From contig NW_021831284.1 in the NCBI RefSeq assembly GCF_006345805.1, positions 372,001 through 436,000 on the forward strand: DNA of 64,000 nucleotides. The letters run 5' to 3'. Numbering within the stretch: the first letter of the stretch is position 1; every line of letters starts with the position of its first letter. Made by a program: the position numbers and the translations under genes. The DNA is from Octopus sinensis (Eukaryota). Below, piece by piece: positions 12,215 through 25,006 of this stretch. The notes beneath the pieces are model-generated. The model did no database searches, was not told the origin of the DNA, and saw nothing but the letters and a program-made list of their open reading frames with translations.

Positions 12215-12617
12215 TTTTTTTTTGATATTTTAGAATAATGGTTAAAATGAACAACTACAAATATTATTAACTAACTAAATTCCCGGCATCGTAAATGGAA
12301 ACACAGTTTCCACGTACTATGGCCAAGGAAATCCTTTCGAAAAGCCACTTGGACTCGCGTGGGTCTCCCCGTTTATGGAGATCATGCGGCCAAGCTTTTT
12401 TAAAAGGAAAGAGACTTTTCGCCGATGACGCCGGAAGTCTCGACGGCGATGGAGTGAACAGATACCGTTCAGAGAGCTCCTTGTACTTTCCAATCTTCAT
12501 CTTCTCGGTTTTGCGAGAGACTGAGCCAGGCTCGACAGCTGAAGAAGGAAGGTTGAGCTCCGAGAAAGTGTCTGAACACGTCGCATCCCATAACAAGACT
12601 TGCCGAACTCAAACGGG
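12215..12617 (-). mobile_element. 5'-truncated CRE-like retrotransposon (RLE domain only)
   Basis: LWDATCSDTFS..KIGKYKEL..DPRESKWLFERISLAIVRGNC; poly(A) near 12215-12223; AAAATACAA(TTT) duplicated at 12206 and 12618. Confidence 0.85.
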
Positions 12618-12842
12618 AAAATACAATTTAACGTGTAATGAGAATTTTAAAATGTTAATTAATTTAACTTACAATTAGATAAAAAAATTTTTTCATAATA
12701 CTTGAGGAGCGGATTCGAGAAACAAGCGGATTCAAGAATCATTCATAGGAAATTTCAAATTTTTGATTAAAACAAGCGGATTCGAGAAGCAGCGGATTCG
12801 AGAGGTTTCACTGTACTTGTATTGTTTTTTCAAATGGATACA

Positions 12843-13285
12843 ATTTTTTTTAAAAAACTATTTGATGAATAACTACAAGTTAATTAATTAAAAGCTTCAT
12901 GGACGGGAAGCCGACGCGATCGAGAAAGAGTTAGAGCGTACTATCACAAGGGATATCCGCTCGAAAAACCATCTCGATTCGCGGGCGTCGCCTGTGATAG
13001 CAGACATGCGGGACCCGATCTCCTGAACGAAGCTGATTGCCTTACTGCCCAAGGAACCGGAAGTCTCAACCGCGAATAGAAGGAATTGGAACTTCTCCGT
13101 AAGTGAGGAGTACTTCCGCATCTTTTTGCATTCCGCGGTTGTGACAATAGATCCAGGAGCGGAGGCGGACATCAGCAGGTTCTGAGGCGAGAAAGAGTCC
13201 ACACACGTGGCATCCCAGGTGAGAGGCTTCCCCCTGTTGAAAGGAAACACAGTTATCCCGTCAGGCCTTTTTCCTTCATTCCATA
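12843..13285 (-). mobile_element. 5'-truncated CRE-like retrotransposon (RLE domain only)
   Basis: GKRPDGITVFPFNRGKPLTWDATCVDSF..RKYSSL..FAVETSGSLG..WFFERISLVIVRSN; A-tail near 12843-12851; no TSD found. Confidence 0.8.
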
Positions 13286-13289
13286 CCTC

Positions 13290-14421
13290 GGATTTAGTGC
13301 TTTCTTAATCAGATATGCAAAGAAATAGATCGGAGAGAGCGTGGGCAAGGCTGAAAAGTATTACACACATGTACTGAAAAGTTTCGCTATTTTCTGTCCG
13401 TCATGGTTAAAACTTCTCTTAGTTGAAGAGAGGAAATCTTCGCTAGTTAACTAAAGTGACAGACAGGACATACACGGTTATATTCTTGGAGAAAAGCCGC
13501 CGACTGGTATCTATTCTGGTAAATAAACACGTCCAGGAAAAAAGGGGTGATATTAATATGATGATGAGCAATTCCTGCTATTTCCTGGCTTGTTGTTAGG
13601 CAAGAGGTCGGTCCACGATGAGTTTTCCGTCAACACAAATCTCCTTTTCAGTTCTGGGTTCAATTGTTCCTTTCTCAACCTTATTGGTCAATGATTTTGA
13701 CATCAATGAGGGCCAAGAGGACGTCTTTGAGGATTCCACTGGTTTCTCCATCAATTAGATTCCGCAAATCTTTTTTGTGGGCTAAGCTAATTAACAGTGC
13801 AAGTCCACTTTTGTTGTATAGCTCAACCAGTCATTGTTTTGAATCAGCAGGGCCGAGACTAGAAACGACTCGGACGTCCCAAAACCCTGTTTGCTGAAAT
13901 CACTTATTTAACTTTGGTGGCTGCTTTGATTGCGTTTACAGTCAGCAGAACTTTGGACGTACTCAGTGCCACAGCCAGTTCTGCATAATGGTTCGGCATA
14001 TTCGAAGTAAATTCAAACAGGAGGTCCTTGTAGTGAAACTAGGTAAACATACTGTGTTGTAATATTCCTCACAAACATCCTGCTTCTGTTCTCTTGATGT
14101 TGAGGATAAAAACTCAGTGATCTTATCTTCATACAAGTCTACTTATGAGGAAAGTCATCAAAGTCCTTTAAAATCGAATTTAACTCGACAGCTTCGTCTG
14201 TTTTGTTGAAAAAACTTTTTGGTTTGATAATTGGAGTTGATTTCTCGATTTGAACGCGTATCTCCATTCTGGCCCTTTTCACTGATTCTCAGTTTATTTT
14301 GGCAAATATAAGAGAACTCTGAAACGCCGAAATTCCATACATTCTCTAGAAAGTTTATTAGATTAAGAGTTTTTTTAGGACTAACTGTGTCCAAAATTAT
14401 CATGAAAAAACATTTCAGCAT
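13290..14421 (-). pseudogene. Annexin pseudogene (about three repeats visible)
   Basis: After micro-intron removal: PIIKP..F...EA..L, AIKAATKGFGTSE..L, KDLRNLIDGETSGILKDVLLAL, FLQEYNRLTSEDF, YFFAYLIKKAL. In-frame stops at 13596-13598 and 13578-13580, a frameshift near 13810, and repeat 4 missing at the CRE junction. Confidence 0.75.
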
Positions 14422-14596
14422 CCTTTTTAGTGCGTTTAAGTTACGATCGGAGGATTTTTAAAGTGATTTTGTTAGGGATTGGTTCGGAAACTAACCTAGA
14501 AAGTTACATTTTTAAAGAAATATTTAACAAATCGTATATATTTATTTAAATATTTTTTCAATATACCTAAATATATTTCAAATATTTGTCACGACT

Positions 14597-16169
14597 ATGA
14601 TGTGCCGTATTTTGACAAAGGTGAAATTTACATTTTTCCAAAAAAGAAAATGTCAAAAACTAAAATTTCAAAGCCACGAATATAAATTGTATAATTAAAA
14701 AATAAAAACTAGATCTTCGGACTACCAATGTGACGTCGTTATTGTTGGCGGAGGAATAGTGGGCTGTGCCACTGCAAGAGCAATAAAAATCAAATATCCG
14801 GAATTAAAAACAGCAATATTGGAAAAGGAAATAGACGTGGGTGATAATCGCCGTTTTTAGTAATGTTTAAGGTCTTCATCAATCAGGCAGAAATAGTGGG
14901 GTCATTCATTCTGGGATATATTACAAGCCAGGAAGTCTCCAAGCATCTTTGTGTATTACTGGTCGTCGGAAACTAATAGAATATCTTAACAAAAATGAAA
15001 TTCCTTACAAAAAATGTGGAAAGGTAAAAAATATATATTTTCAATAATAGTTGATAGTGGCTTTAAATCAATCTGAAGTCCAAGTTTTAAAATCTTTATA
15101 TGAACAAGCAGTTACTAATAATGTCCAAGAAGTTAAATTTTTGGAAAATATTGAACAAATTAAAAGAATCGAACCTTTTATTACAGTTTATTTAATTACG
15201 TTATTTCAAAGGGGGTCTCGGCTCTCCACTGTGCTTCCACGTGTATAGTTGACTACGGAATGGTCACTGAGTCGTTTGCAACTGATTTTTCAAATTTGGG
15301 AGGAAAGATCTACACCCGCTTTGAAGTTTCTGAGATTGAAATGAGTCCATTAAAAAATTATCCAATTTCTATTCTTTCCAAAGATTCTTGTCAAGTAAAA
15401 TTAAAGATTTAGAGAGCAAGTTTAGAAATACAAGATCGAGGCGAAATATGTTATTTTTTGTGCCGGTCTTTACTCAGATCGACTCGCTAGGGCATGCGGG
15501 GGTAGTTTAGTTCCATCGATCGTACCTGTGAGGGGAGAATATCTTATTTTAAAACGTCCAGAGTTGATCAATGGATGTGTTTATCCGGTATTTGTTTTGA
15601 CCGTTTATTTTAATTTGAAGGTTCCATATCCTGGTCTTCCCTTTCTCGGGGTCCATTTTACTCCTCAAATTGACGGAGGAGTTCTTTTGGGACCAAATGC
15701 GGTACTTGCTTTTCACCGTGAGGGATATTCTTATGGACATGTCAGTGTTTCCGACATGTTCCAAATGATCACTTCTCCGTACGTTTTGTTTGTTTATTAT
15801 TTATAGGGGCTTCTGGAAGCTAGCGTATAATTTTTATGGGTTTGGAATCTCTCAAGTCTCTAAGAGTCTTTTTATCAAAAAGAAATTGCATGAAATGAAC
15901 AAGTATATGCCAGAATTGACTATTGATGATATAATTAGGTATTTAAAATTGTTTTACACATATTTAGAGGTCCTTCCGGTGTTAGAGCTCAAGCATTGGA
16001 CGAAAAAGGGACGTTTGTTGATGATTTTGTATTCGAAGAAGGTCCTTTGTTGGATGGGTCGACCCCAAGAATTCTTCATGTTAGAAATTCGGCTTCTCCG
16101 GCTTCAACATCTTCAATGGCAATTGCTGACGAGATTGTTAACAGATTTGAATCAATGATTTTTCCTTAA
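14597..16169 (+). CDS. L2HGDH: L-2-hydroxyglutarate dehydrogenase (multi-exon)
   Basis: [15 protein letters not shown] (FAD binding), [68 protein letters not shown] and HVRN..SPA.TSS.AIA; frame intact across GT-AG introns. Confidence 0.93.
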
Positions 16170-16374
16170 ATTTAATAATTCTATATTTTTCTTGAAAACT
16201 AAAAATTTTTTGTTCCAAGAGGTCTCAGTCGTTTATTTTAAAACCATATGAGATTTAACTCCATAAATACCACACGCATTCTAAAATATGTTTCTCAGTC
16301 TCATTAGTCAACAGCGTAAGTGTAGTATTGCTTTCATTATTATTTGCACTATCATAGAAACATAATGTAAAAAT

Positions 16375-16420
16375 GCCCAGCTTTTTGGGGCACTTGGTGC
16401 CCCAATTCGGGGTCGGACTG
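16375..16420 (-). mobile_element. Orphan pogo-like terminal repeat
   Basis: Reverse complement CAGTCCGACCCCGAATTGGGGCACCAAGTGCCCCA matches the terminus at 20463 (CAGTCTAACTCCGGGGTGGGGCACCAAAGTGCCCCA); followed by TA. Confidence 0.5.
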
Positions 16421-16429
16421 TATAACACT

Positions 16430-18859
16430 AAAACGGAAGCATTATCTTAGTTGATAAAATTATCCTTAAATTTTCTATAAACTATAGAATGAAGGTCTAT
16501 TACAAAATACAAAAAACTTTTACTCATCATAACCAAATATTTCAGCTAATTTAGACAGCATGTTGAGATTATCCGAAGTCATGTTTAGAGATGAATCATT
16601 TTCACTGAAAGTCCATTCACTGAATGCCGAATAATCTCTGTTTTTTGCATTTGCGACATAAAATTTATTCGGATCACCGGTAGGATGGACTTGGAATCCT
16701 GCCATATAAAGCCTTCTCAGGGCAGATTTTCGTCCAAATTTTGCATCTAAAAACGGCTTAAAAGGACTTCTCAAGTCAAATCCATCACATTCCTACATCA
16801 CGAAATAAACCCAAATCTTACCTTCAGAGTGCAAACAGGATTGTTATGAGCTATCTCAACGAAAACAGGTGATATGTTAGTCTCTGGATCTCTTTCATTT
16901 TCAATAGCTTGTTCAAGCTAATTTATGTACAAAATAAGTAAATTACTGCAAAATGAATCTGCGCAGGAAGCTTAGTTTCGATTTTTATCGAAAAAGATTG
17001 GCCAGGTTTAAGAAATGTATAAATATTACTACAAGATCTCTATATTTAAATCAAACCAAAAGACCTTTCTATTTTTGAGAGACCGGAAAGAATTTTGATT
17101 AACCACAAGTGCTTGAATTGGGGAGATCCTACTAATCATTTGACTCAGTTGATTGGGATCCAGATAATTGTTGATTGGAGAAAAAATAATCTAAATATCA
17201 CAAACATTACAACCTTTAGATTAATTGGTAAGAATTTTTTACAGGTATTAAAAAATTGAAAATTTGGATCTAAAAATAAATCAAATAACTCACACCGGTA
17301 ATAATTACTCCATTAGCTGGTTTTCTATTGTCAAACAGTTTCATGAGATGGACAACATCACCAAAACATAATGAGACATGCCCACAAAAGACAACTGCGG
17401 GAAACTTCAAAGTCCTTGCAAAATCATCTACACAAATTAACCCACCAATTACAAACCATAACAAGTATCATGAAATAACAATCTTCCTGAGTTTATTAAC
17501 TAAAATTTTAATTTCAGGATAAAAAAACTTCTTGGAAAGGCAAAGGTGAAATCGAATCGAAAAGGCGGGAACACATTTGTTCGGCCAACCTAAGCAATGA
17601 TCCCTCAAACACAACCATTCACTGAAGATGTCACAATGTGATAGAACTGACTTTGCAACAGGAGAAACGACATAAATATAAATATTACGACCATTTTGAA
17701 TTTTGTCAGCCAAAGACAAAATAATGTCAAAAATGTGTCCGTATGGCAAACATGGGATAATAACCGACCCCTCAGTATCCAAAATGGAGTCCATTTGATC
17801 CAATGTCTCCTGATAAACTGAATTGGATCGTTTTCCGCAAAACACGGGACTTGATACCAACACATAATCAGCTTTGGTGACCGATGTGACGTCCAATGAC
17901 TACTATACTGGTAATAAAATTCATACTCGAGCATGACACGGTGAAAGACTCGTTCTACTGATATAAAAAATCTAATATAAAAATAAATATCCAACAGAAA
18001 TCGACGGAAACTGTAAAAGCACGTTGGCACTTCCCAGTGAGTATCCCGAACTATAAAAAGACAACCTCAGCCTTCCCTCGAATAAATTCTTGAAGAATAA
18101 AGCCAAAAAAGACATACCACAATTTCCCCATAGCTTACGGTCTTAAAAAGAGAAAATATATTTTGTATATCTGCTTCTTCAACCATTGTAATTAGTGATT
18201 TAATTGGTATATTTACACCAATAATTTTATTAAATTTTCTATATTTAATTTTATAATTTGAATAACTTTAATATTTTTAAATCAATTTTCTGCCTTTGTC
18301 CTAGTTGGCTTAATCGTTTAATGTACTCGATCAACTCATTAATCAGCAATCTTTAAAATATTACAATTAATAATACTTTCCATATTGAAAACATGGTTCA
18401 GTTGCATAAATAAGTCCATTATATTCGCATTCCTGTGTAATGTACACAATTCCCAGCATATCAAGAGGGTTGGTCAATATTATAGCATTGATTGTGCTCA
18501 TTACATCTGAAAATATCTAAAATTCTTAATAGAAATCACACTAACGTTTGGCGGTGAGAACAAAAATTCTCCATTGAGTAAGGATAAGTCATTTTTCTCA
18601 ATTATTAACTAAAGTCAGTTAAAATAAGCCAAAAACGTCAGAAAATGTGCTTGAATTTTGTTTAGAGGAAATTATAGGGTCATGATTTGGGCCAAGGGAC
18701 TCTGAAAATGGTCGAAAGTGGGATAAAGATGACATGTCCAGTCCACAATCGCACATTATTTGTAGTCCGCAGTGTTTTATTATACAACATGTGGTATTTG
18801 GAGTCGATTGAACATTTACCTATAATCAAATGTCAAGATACACACTAAACAATTTTCAT
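16430..18859 (-). CDS. INTS9: Integrator complex subunit 9 (multi-exon; 3' end approximate)
   Basis: IMCDCGLDMSSL, STINAIILTN..MLGI.YIT....YNGLIYATEP, SSGYSLGSAN, GSVIIPCLPYGHIFD, YVVSPVAKSVL..DIFSEWLC: metallo-beta-lactamase/beta-CASP motifs typical of INTS9. Confidence 0.85.
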
Positions 18860-18949
18860 GCTTTAAATTAAAAAATATTTAAGGACTGTTTTAAAAATAA
18901 ATGATTTAATTATAAAATATAAATTATTTTCTAACTAAACAAAATCAAT

Positions 18950-20995
18950 AAAATATTTTATGCCGAAAAAATGAAAAGATTTAATTCTAGTGAGATATTG
19001 GTTGTTGCTTTTCTGCAACAAGATTTCTAATATTCGAATCCATGTTGCTAAGAGCGATTCGTATATCATCTCCAACTTTCAATCGATTACGAGATTTATT
19101 TTTAATAAATGATAAACAAGACATTGTAGTTTTGCAAAAGTATGTTGTTGGATAAGGAATTAAATATTGCATACTAGCCATAGTCAATAACGAATACCTT
19201 GGAATCATTCTACTCCAAAATTCCATAAGTGTGCAAGAATTGAAATATATCTGAATAATCACAAAAATTGTAAAAGTAACCCTTGCAGTCGCAGAGCTTC
19301 GTAAATCGATTAATTCTTGTAGAAAAGGAAGTTCTTGAGCCTCATCAATCTTATACAAAAATGGTTCTAAAATCCAATCGGGGACAATCTGATCGCTATT
19401 AAAATATTCTCCGAATTGAATTTGCAAAATTTTTAGGTGTTCGTCGATGTTTAAAATAATCTATTTTCAGGTTTATTATTTCCAATTAATTCCTCCAACA
19501 TCGGAAACATGGAAATAACATTTTTAGTTAATTTTTTTCTCCATAAATTCAACTTTTGCTTAAATGCAGATACTTTTTCAAAAGCTTCTATGCTTGAGAT
19601 ATTATTACCTTCGGGATAAAAAAGAAAGATTTACCTTGTATGCATAAATTTAATTCGTTTATTATTCCAAATATATCAGCAAGATAGAATAACTTTTGTT
19701 TGAAGGCATAATCTGCAAACATATTGGCGAGTTTTATATTATTTATTTCTTGTAAAAAAGTAATGAGTGCACCAATTAGTTCGGCAAACCGTTTAAGCAC
19801 CCTTCCTCTTGACAACCACCGAACTTCAGTGTGGAAAATTAGAACTGAATGTTCTGTTCCCATTTCTTCACATAATAATTTTAAAAGCCTATGATTAGTC
19901 GCCCTCGCACGAATCAAATTAACTGACTTTACGATCGAATCAAGAAGAATTTTCAATTCTTGAGGCATCGTATCATTTCCTCGTGTTCTTCCTGTCATTT
20001 TCAAACAAAATAAAAACTCGTCCACGACAGAATCGTCTTCAACAAATCGAACCAATGCGACTAAATGGCACATTGAACTGATATCTGTAGATTCATCCAA
20101 CTGGATGCTTATTAAAAATTGACTACGAAAAATTAGTTGTTCTAGCAAATCTTTTGACATCTCATGAATAGAAAAATGGTATCATTCGAAAGTAGTATAT
20201 TCTTAAATTCTTTTTCAGCATCTTTCCCAATCAGTAATCTTGCCATTAGTAACGCGCCTGGTTTTATTAGTTTTCCTCCAGAACAATGAGATACTTTGTT
20301 TCTGACTATAAGTTGAGCAATCTACAAATAATTCATGTTTAAAAGACCTCATATGAAATCTCCATATATGGTTTTGCGATCTGAGGCAATACATATGATG
20401 TAAGGGTCCCGTGCTCATCATATTTAATGCGTTTTGATTGAAAAACTTCAAGACTATCTGTACAGTCTAACTCCGGGGTGGGGCACCAAAGTGCCCCAGA
20501 AAGCGGAGGTGCCCTTCCAAACAGGGGTCTGGTTCAAACTATTGAATTATAGTTCATTAAATTAAAATTTTGGTTTACTTGCGAACAAAGAATTCTTTCA
20601 CATTCTCCAAAGTGTTTATATGCCGATAATACAATAAGTTGTGCTTTTTTGCTCTATAGTTTGATAGATTTCTATTCTGTTTTTTAATTTGATTTTGATT
20701 AAAATAAATCATTATTTTTAAAACATTTTTTTTGAAATAATCAGTCAATTTCAAATTTTTCTTATTTCTTAAATCTGCTTCTATCGATTCGACACAAGAT
20801 CTTGAAAAAAATTTTTTAACATAGAAAGATGTTTCATCGCAATTAAAAATATTTTTATAACCATAAGTTTTCAATAAATTATCAAATTGAATATTAAAAT
20901 CATCTTAATAATAACAAATTAAAAAATGTTCCGCGTACCCCCTGGATCTTCTCGAGTACCCCCTAGGCACATGTACCCCCGGTTGAGAAACCCTG
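18950..20995 (-). mobile_element. Degenerate hAT (Buster-type) element, one TIR visible
   Basis: Terminus GGTTGAGAAACCCTG ending 20995 with GGGGTAC subterminal repeats; SIQLDESTD, FHTEVRWLSRG, LADIF..INELN, PYPTTYFCK..S and KNKSRNRL motifs; internal deletions. Confidence 0.8.
20463..20900 (-). mobile_element. pogo-like fragment nested in the hAT element
   Basis: TA-CAGTC terminus at 20463 and a KNIFNCDETSF DDE motif in ORF 20575-20874. Confidence 0.6.
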
Positions 20996-22068
20996 ATATA
21001 GTTAATATATTGGAAGAGCAGGGGATCACTGGAATGTTAAACAAAAAATACAAATTAACCTAAAAGTCGAAGAATTTTACTTGTATTGTCGTGCGGCTAT
21101 ATCTTAAAACGGAATCCTTAAAATTGTTATTTCTGTAGACATGAAGAAATGCAATTAGTAGCTACGAAAATTCATCAACTGACTTATTGCGAACACAACA
21201 TCTTGGAACCTGCTTTGATTAGGACGGTTTATCATTCTATTTATGGTTAAAAAGAATCATCGTCTTTGGTCTGATTCTTACTCTGAATTTGAACTCACTA
21301 AATTCATTCCCTCAAATAATGAAATAAAGTTAAAAAGCATTGTCATGTAATATCCTGGAGCAATTAATTAAACGAATCAATAAAAATAAATTCAGGATAA
21401 GTATTCAATAGGAAAAATCAACCGACATTTTTAACGTCTGTTAGTTTGTTTCTATGTTCGCTTTTTGATCATGTGAATACTATTGATGAATTTTTATTTT
21501 GTGGGAAACGCAATAATAAGATGTCAATCTTATTTTCCAAAAGTGGTAAGTTTCTTTTTTGGGACACTCTGAGAGAAACTTTCAATTTCCTAACCTTCTT
21601 AGCAGTGACTTTAGGATACGCCTCTTTTAAGAAAGAAAGTTAAAATGTCCCTTTTCCTGAGTCTTTCTCTTTTGTTCTCTCTCACTTCGAATTCTGAGCA
21701 ATGTGTGTGGGCTGTTGGAGTTATAGATCATACTAAATTATCGATCCTGTACTATCAAACAACACTATAAGGTCAGCATGCTCCAGCTTCTTAGAAATCT
21801 ACAACGCTCAAACTCAGGTGAGTTGTCGGGTGACGACGTAATTATTGGCTTAAAAGATTCAAAACGTATTTTTTAAGTTTGCTCTTTCCGTTTTCGTAAA
21901 GTCCTCACCTCAACTAATGAGACAAGCTTACATAATAAAATTAACTATTTTGGAACTTATTTAGATTATTTCCGTTTTCGAATATACTGCTAAAAACACT
22001 TTTAAAGAAATTAAAAGTTTTATTAATTAATTAAATCCAAAACTAATAATCCGGATAACTCTAAACAA

Positions 22069-22797
22069 TTAACAGTTAAGGTATGACGACAAAATTCCAA
22101 GCAACTAAAAATACAAAAAAATAAAAAAGAAACCGTAACAATGCTGATACTACTTCCTACTGCTGCTATTGCGATTTTGTTTCTATCGACCAGATTTTTG
22201 ATTTTAGGTATGCAGCCCTAAAATATATTAAATTTCTATAACAGTATAGAATGTTTCATCCTTAGAGTTGCAGCTAGATGGGATGTTAGTAAAAGGATCA
22301 TTCGGAGAATAAGAACCACAGCATTTCAAGGTTCTGTGCCAAAAGTCAATTTCTGGACTGCTATGTTCATAATTGTTGAACATGTCTTTCACATAATTTT
22401 CAATTTTTGTCCAAAAAGCACATACTTCGTTGTTATTCAGAAAATATAAGCAAAGAAATGACACTATCAATGCTAATATCGCCAACAGATAGATGACATA
22501 CTATAATTTATCATAAAAAAATATTGTACAGTCAATCTCCAAAATGTACGTTTTCTAATTAGGGATATAAATCCAGCTGATAATCCAAATAAAAACACGA
22601 GGGCAATAACTAAATAGATAATCCCCGAGTAGCGAAAAGATTGAAGAGACTGATTCTTTGTGTCTACGTAGTTTTGCATCATCATTCCACCACAATAGAA
22701 AAAGAATCCCACAATTGTCTAATATAAGATTAATTTGTATTTTTACTCCAAGAAATATTAAGTTTAACGAAATCGACAGAGAACGTATTATTTTCAT
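22069..22797 (-). CDS. Tetraspanin
   Basis: Four hydrophobic segments and a large loop with DFWHRTLKCCG, PSSC and GC motifs, after removing four 25-29 nt GT-AG introns. Confidence 0.85.
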
Positions 22798-25006
22798 TTG
22801 CTATACAGTGTTGTTCGCTTTTTCGTCAATTTTCTTTTATTCGTAAAAAAGACGTTAATAATTTGTATTAGTACTAAAATAGGACAATCTGAAATATAAT
22901 ATACTTTTTTAGAAATTAATGAATATTTCCTTTATAGCAGTGGTTCTCAACCTTTTTTTGGTCGCGGACCCCTTGTAAGTGAATAAAAAAATTCGCGGAC
23001 CCCCAGCATATTTTTACAAATTTTTTATCAAAAAATTATTACTTTTCTAAAAACACAATTTATTATTAAAAAAGGAAATAAAATTAATGAGAAGGTTGAT
23101 ATTGTTTTTTTGCAGCAATTTTTTCAATTTGAGGCTCAGTTATCGACAAACATGCTCTGATATCATCCTCAATATTTAGTCTTGCTCGATGAGTATTTTT
23201 TATATTGAGAAGTGCTGAAAAGCCATGTTCGCATAAATACGTGGTCGGAAAAATAAGCAACAAATTTAATGCATTTGCGCTTACGGAAGGATAAAAATAG
23301 CACATTTTGCACCAAAATCTTGACAAAGGAAGTTTTTCATACAAATCTTTAGCATTCGAATTATTGACCATATCAATAAAAGCCTCTTGAATATTTTCAT
23401 CGACTAAACGTGGATCAACATCAAACGGTGTACGAATTAATTTCAAATCAATATTGCGCAATTCTGGAAAGTATTTATTTACTTCTTTTTGAAGATATGT
23501 TAAATGTGCGTAAATAAGGTCGATTATTTTTTTGGTTTCAACTGCATCTATTTTAACAGATTCTTCTTCAAAAGATTCAAACATAGTAAAATTATTCAGT
23601 TTAACTTTTTCTTTCCACAGTTGTAACTTCATAACAAAGGCACTAATAGTTAATATTAAAAAGCTCACAAACTTAATTTTATCCACAAAATCAACTACAG
23701 TTTCGCGCCTTCCCTGAAGCGATTTGTTGAGTAAATTTATACGAGAAAAAACATCTCTCAAGTAGGCAAGCTTGGATAGCCATGAACTATCCATTAATTT
23801 TGAAATAAATTCCGATGATTTGGAATTGTTTTCGCGATTAAAATATTCAGATAATTCATTCCTCAAAAAAAAAACTCTGGCAAGAATGTTTCCCCGAGAT
23901 AGCCATCTCACTTCAGTGTGGAATAGCAAAGTCTTGTCGTCTCTTTCAAATTCTTCGCAAATTAGTCTGAAGATGCGAGAATGCAAAGCACTTTTTTTAA
24001 TATAATTTACGATATGTACGACATCATCCAGAACATATCTTAAATCTGAGGGTAATGTTTTTGCAGCTAGTGCATATCGATGTAGCATACAATGCAAATG
24101 TTTCGTTTTCTCGTTAGCCAGTCTAACTTGACCTCTAAAGCCAGAATGAAAGCCAAGCATTGCTGGTGCTCCATCGGTTGTGCAACAACATACATTGTTC
24201 CAAGATAACCCAACATTCTCAAAAAACGTAGAAATTGCTTGAAAAATATCCTCTCCTTTAGTGGTCGATTCAAGTAAATAGGAAAATAAAAACTCTTCTT
24301 TAAAATCTCCATCATAGACATAACGAGCAAATATTATTAATTGTGCACAGTTCGCTACATCGGTGGATTCGTCAACTTGTATCGCGAAATTTTCATGGCA
24401 TGACGTTTTTATTTGTTCTACCACCTGTTAAAATAAATAATATCAATAACCTGCTGCTTAATATTTTCTGACATTTCAGAAATTCGTCAATGAACAGTAT
24501 CATTTGATAGTGGTATATCCGAAATCATATTTTCAGCATGAGTGCCAATAAGAGTACGCACTATGTCTTTACAACAAGGAAGAATCAGTCTTTCGGCAAT
24601 ATTGTGAGGTTTCTTTTCTTTCGCTATACGTAATGAAATCATATAGGATGCTAATAGCATGGAATTATTAGAAGGTAAAGTTTTTATGAAACGAGTCAAT
24701 ACTTGATTCTTCATTTTTTGACTCAAAGAAATAAAAAAATCCTTATTTTTATGGATCAGATGCGGATGACATGTGTGCAAGTGTCTTAAAAGAGTTGTCG
24801 GTTTCATACTATTGTGCGACAGAATTTTCATACAAACAACACATTTTGGGCTTTCAAATCCATCTTTTTCAATACAAGTAAACCCATATTTGATATAATC
24901 AGGATTATATTTACGTATCTTAGTCACGTGAGACGAGTTCATATCAATAACGTGCTTAAATATTTTATTATTATTAAATATTAAAATATATTAATTTATC
25001 TAATAA

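Larger units (their letters stand above)
10204..12813 (-). mobile_element. Internally deleted pogo/Tigger-like DNA transposon
   Basis: TIRs CAGTAAAACCTCTCGAATCCGC (10204) and GCGGATTCGAGAGGTTTCACTG (ends 12813), flanked by TA. Contains pogo-type C-terminal remnants (AWNKV, acidic tail, KISDFFEYK). Confidence 0.85.

Noticed and set aside
12206-12843. TTGTAT after the poly(A) of two CRE copies as a specific target
   Set aside because: The other copies with readable TSDs do not share it at that position.
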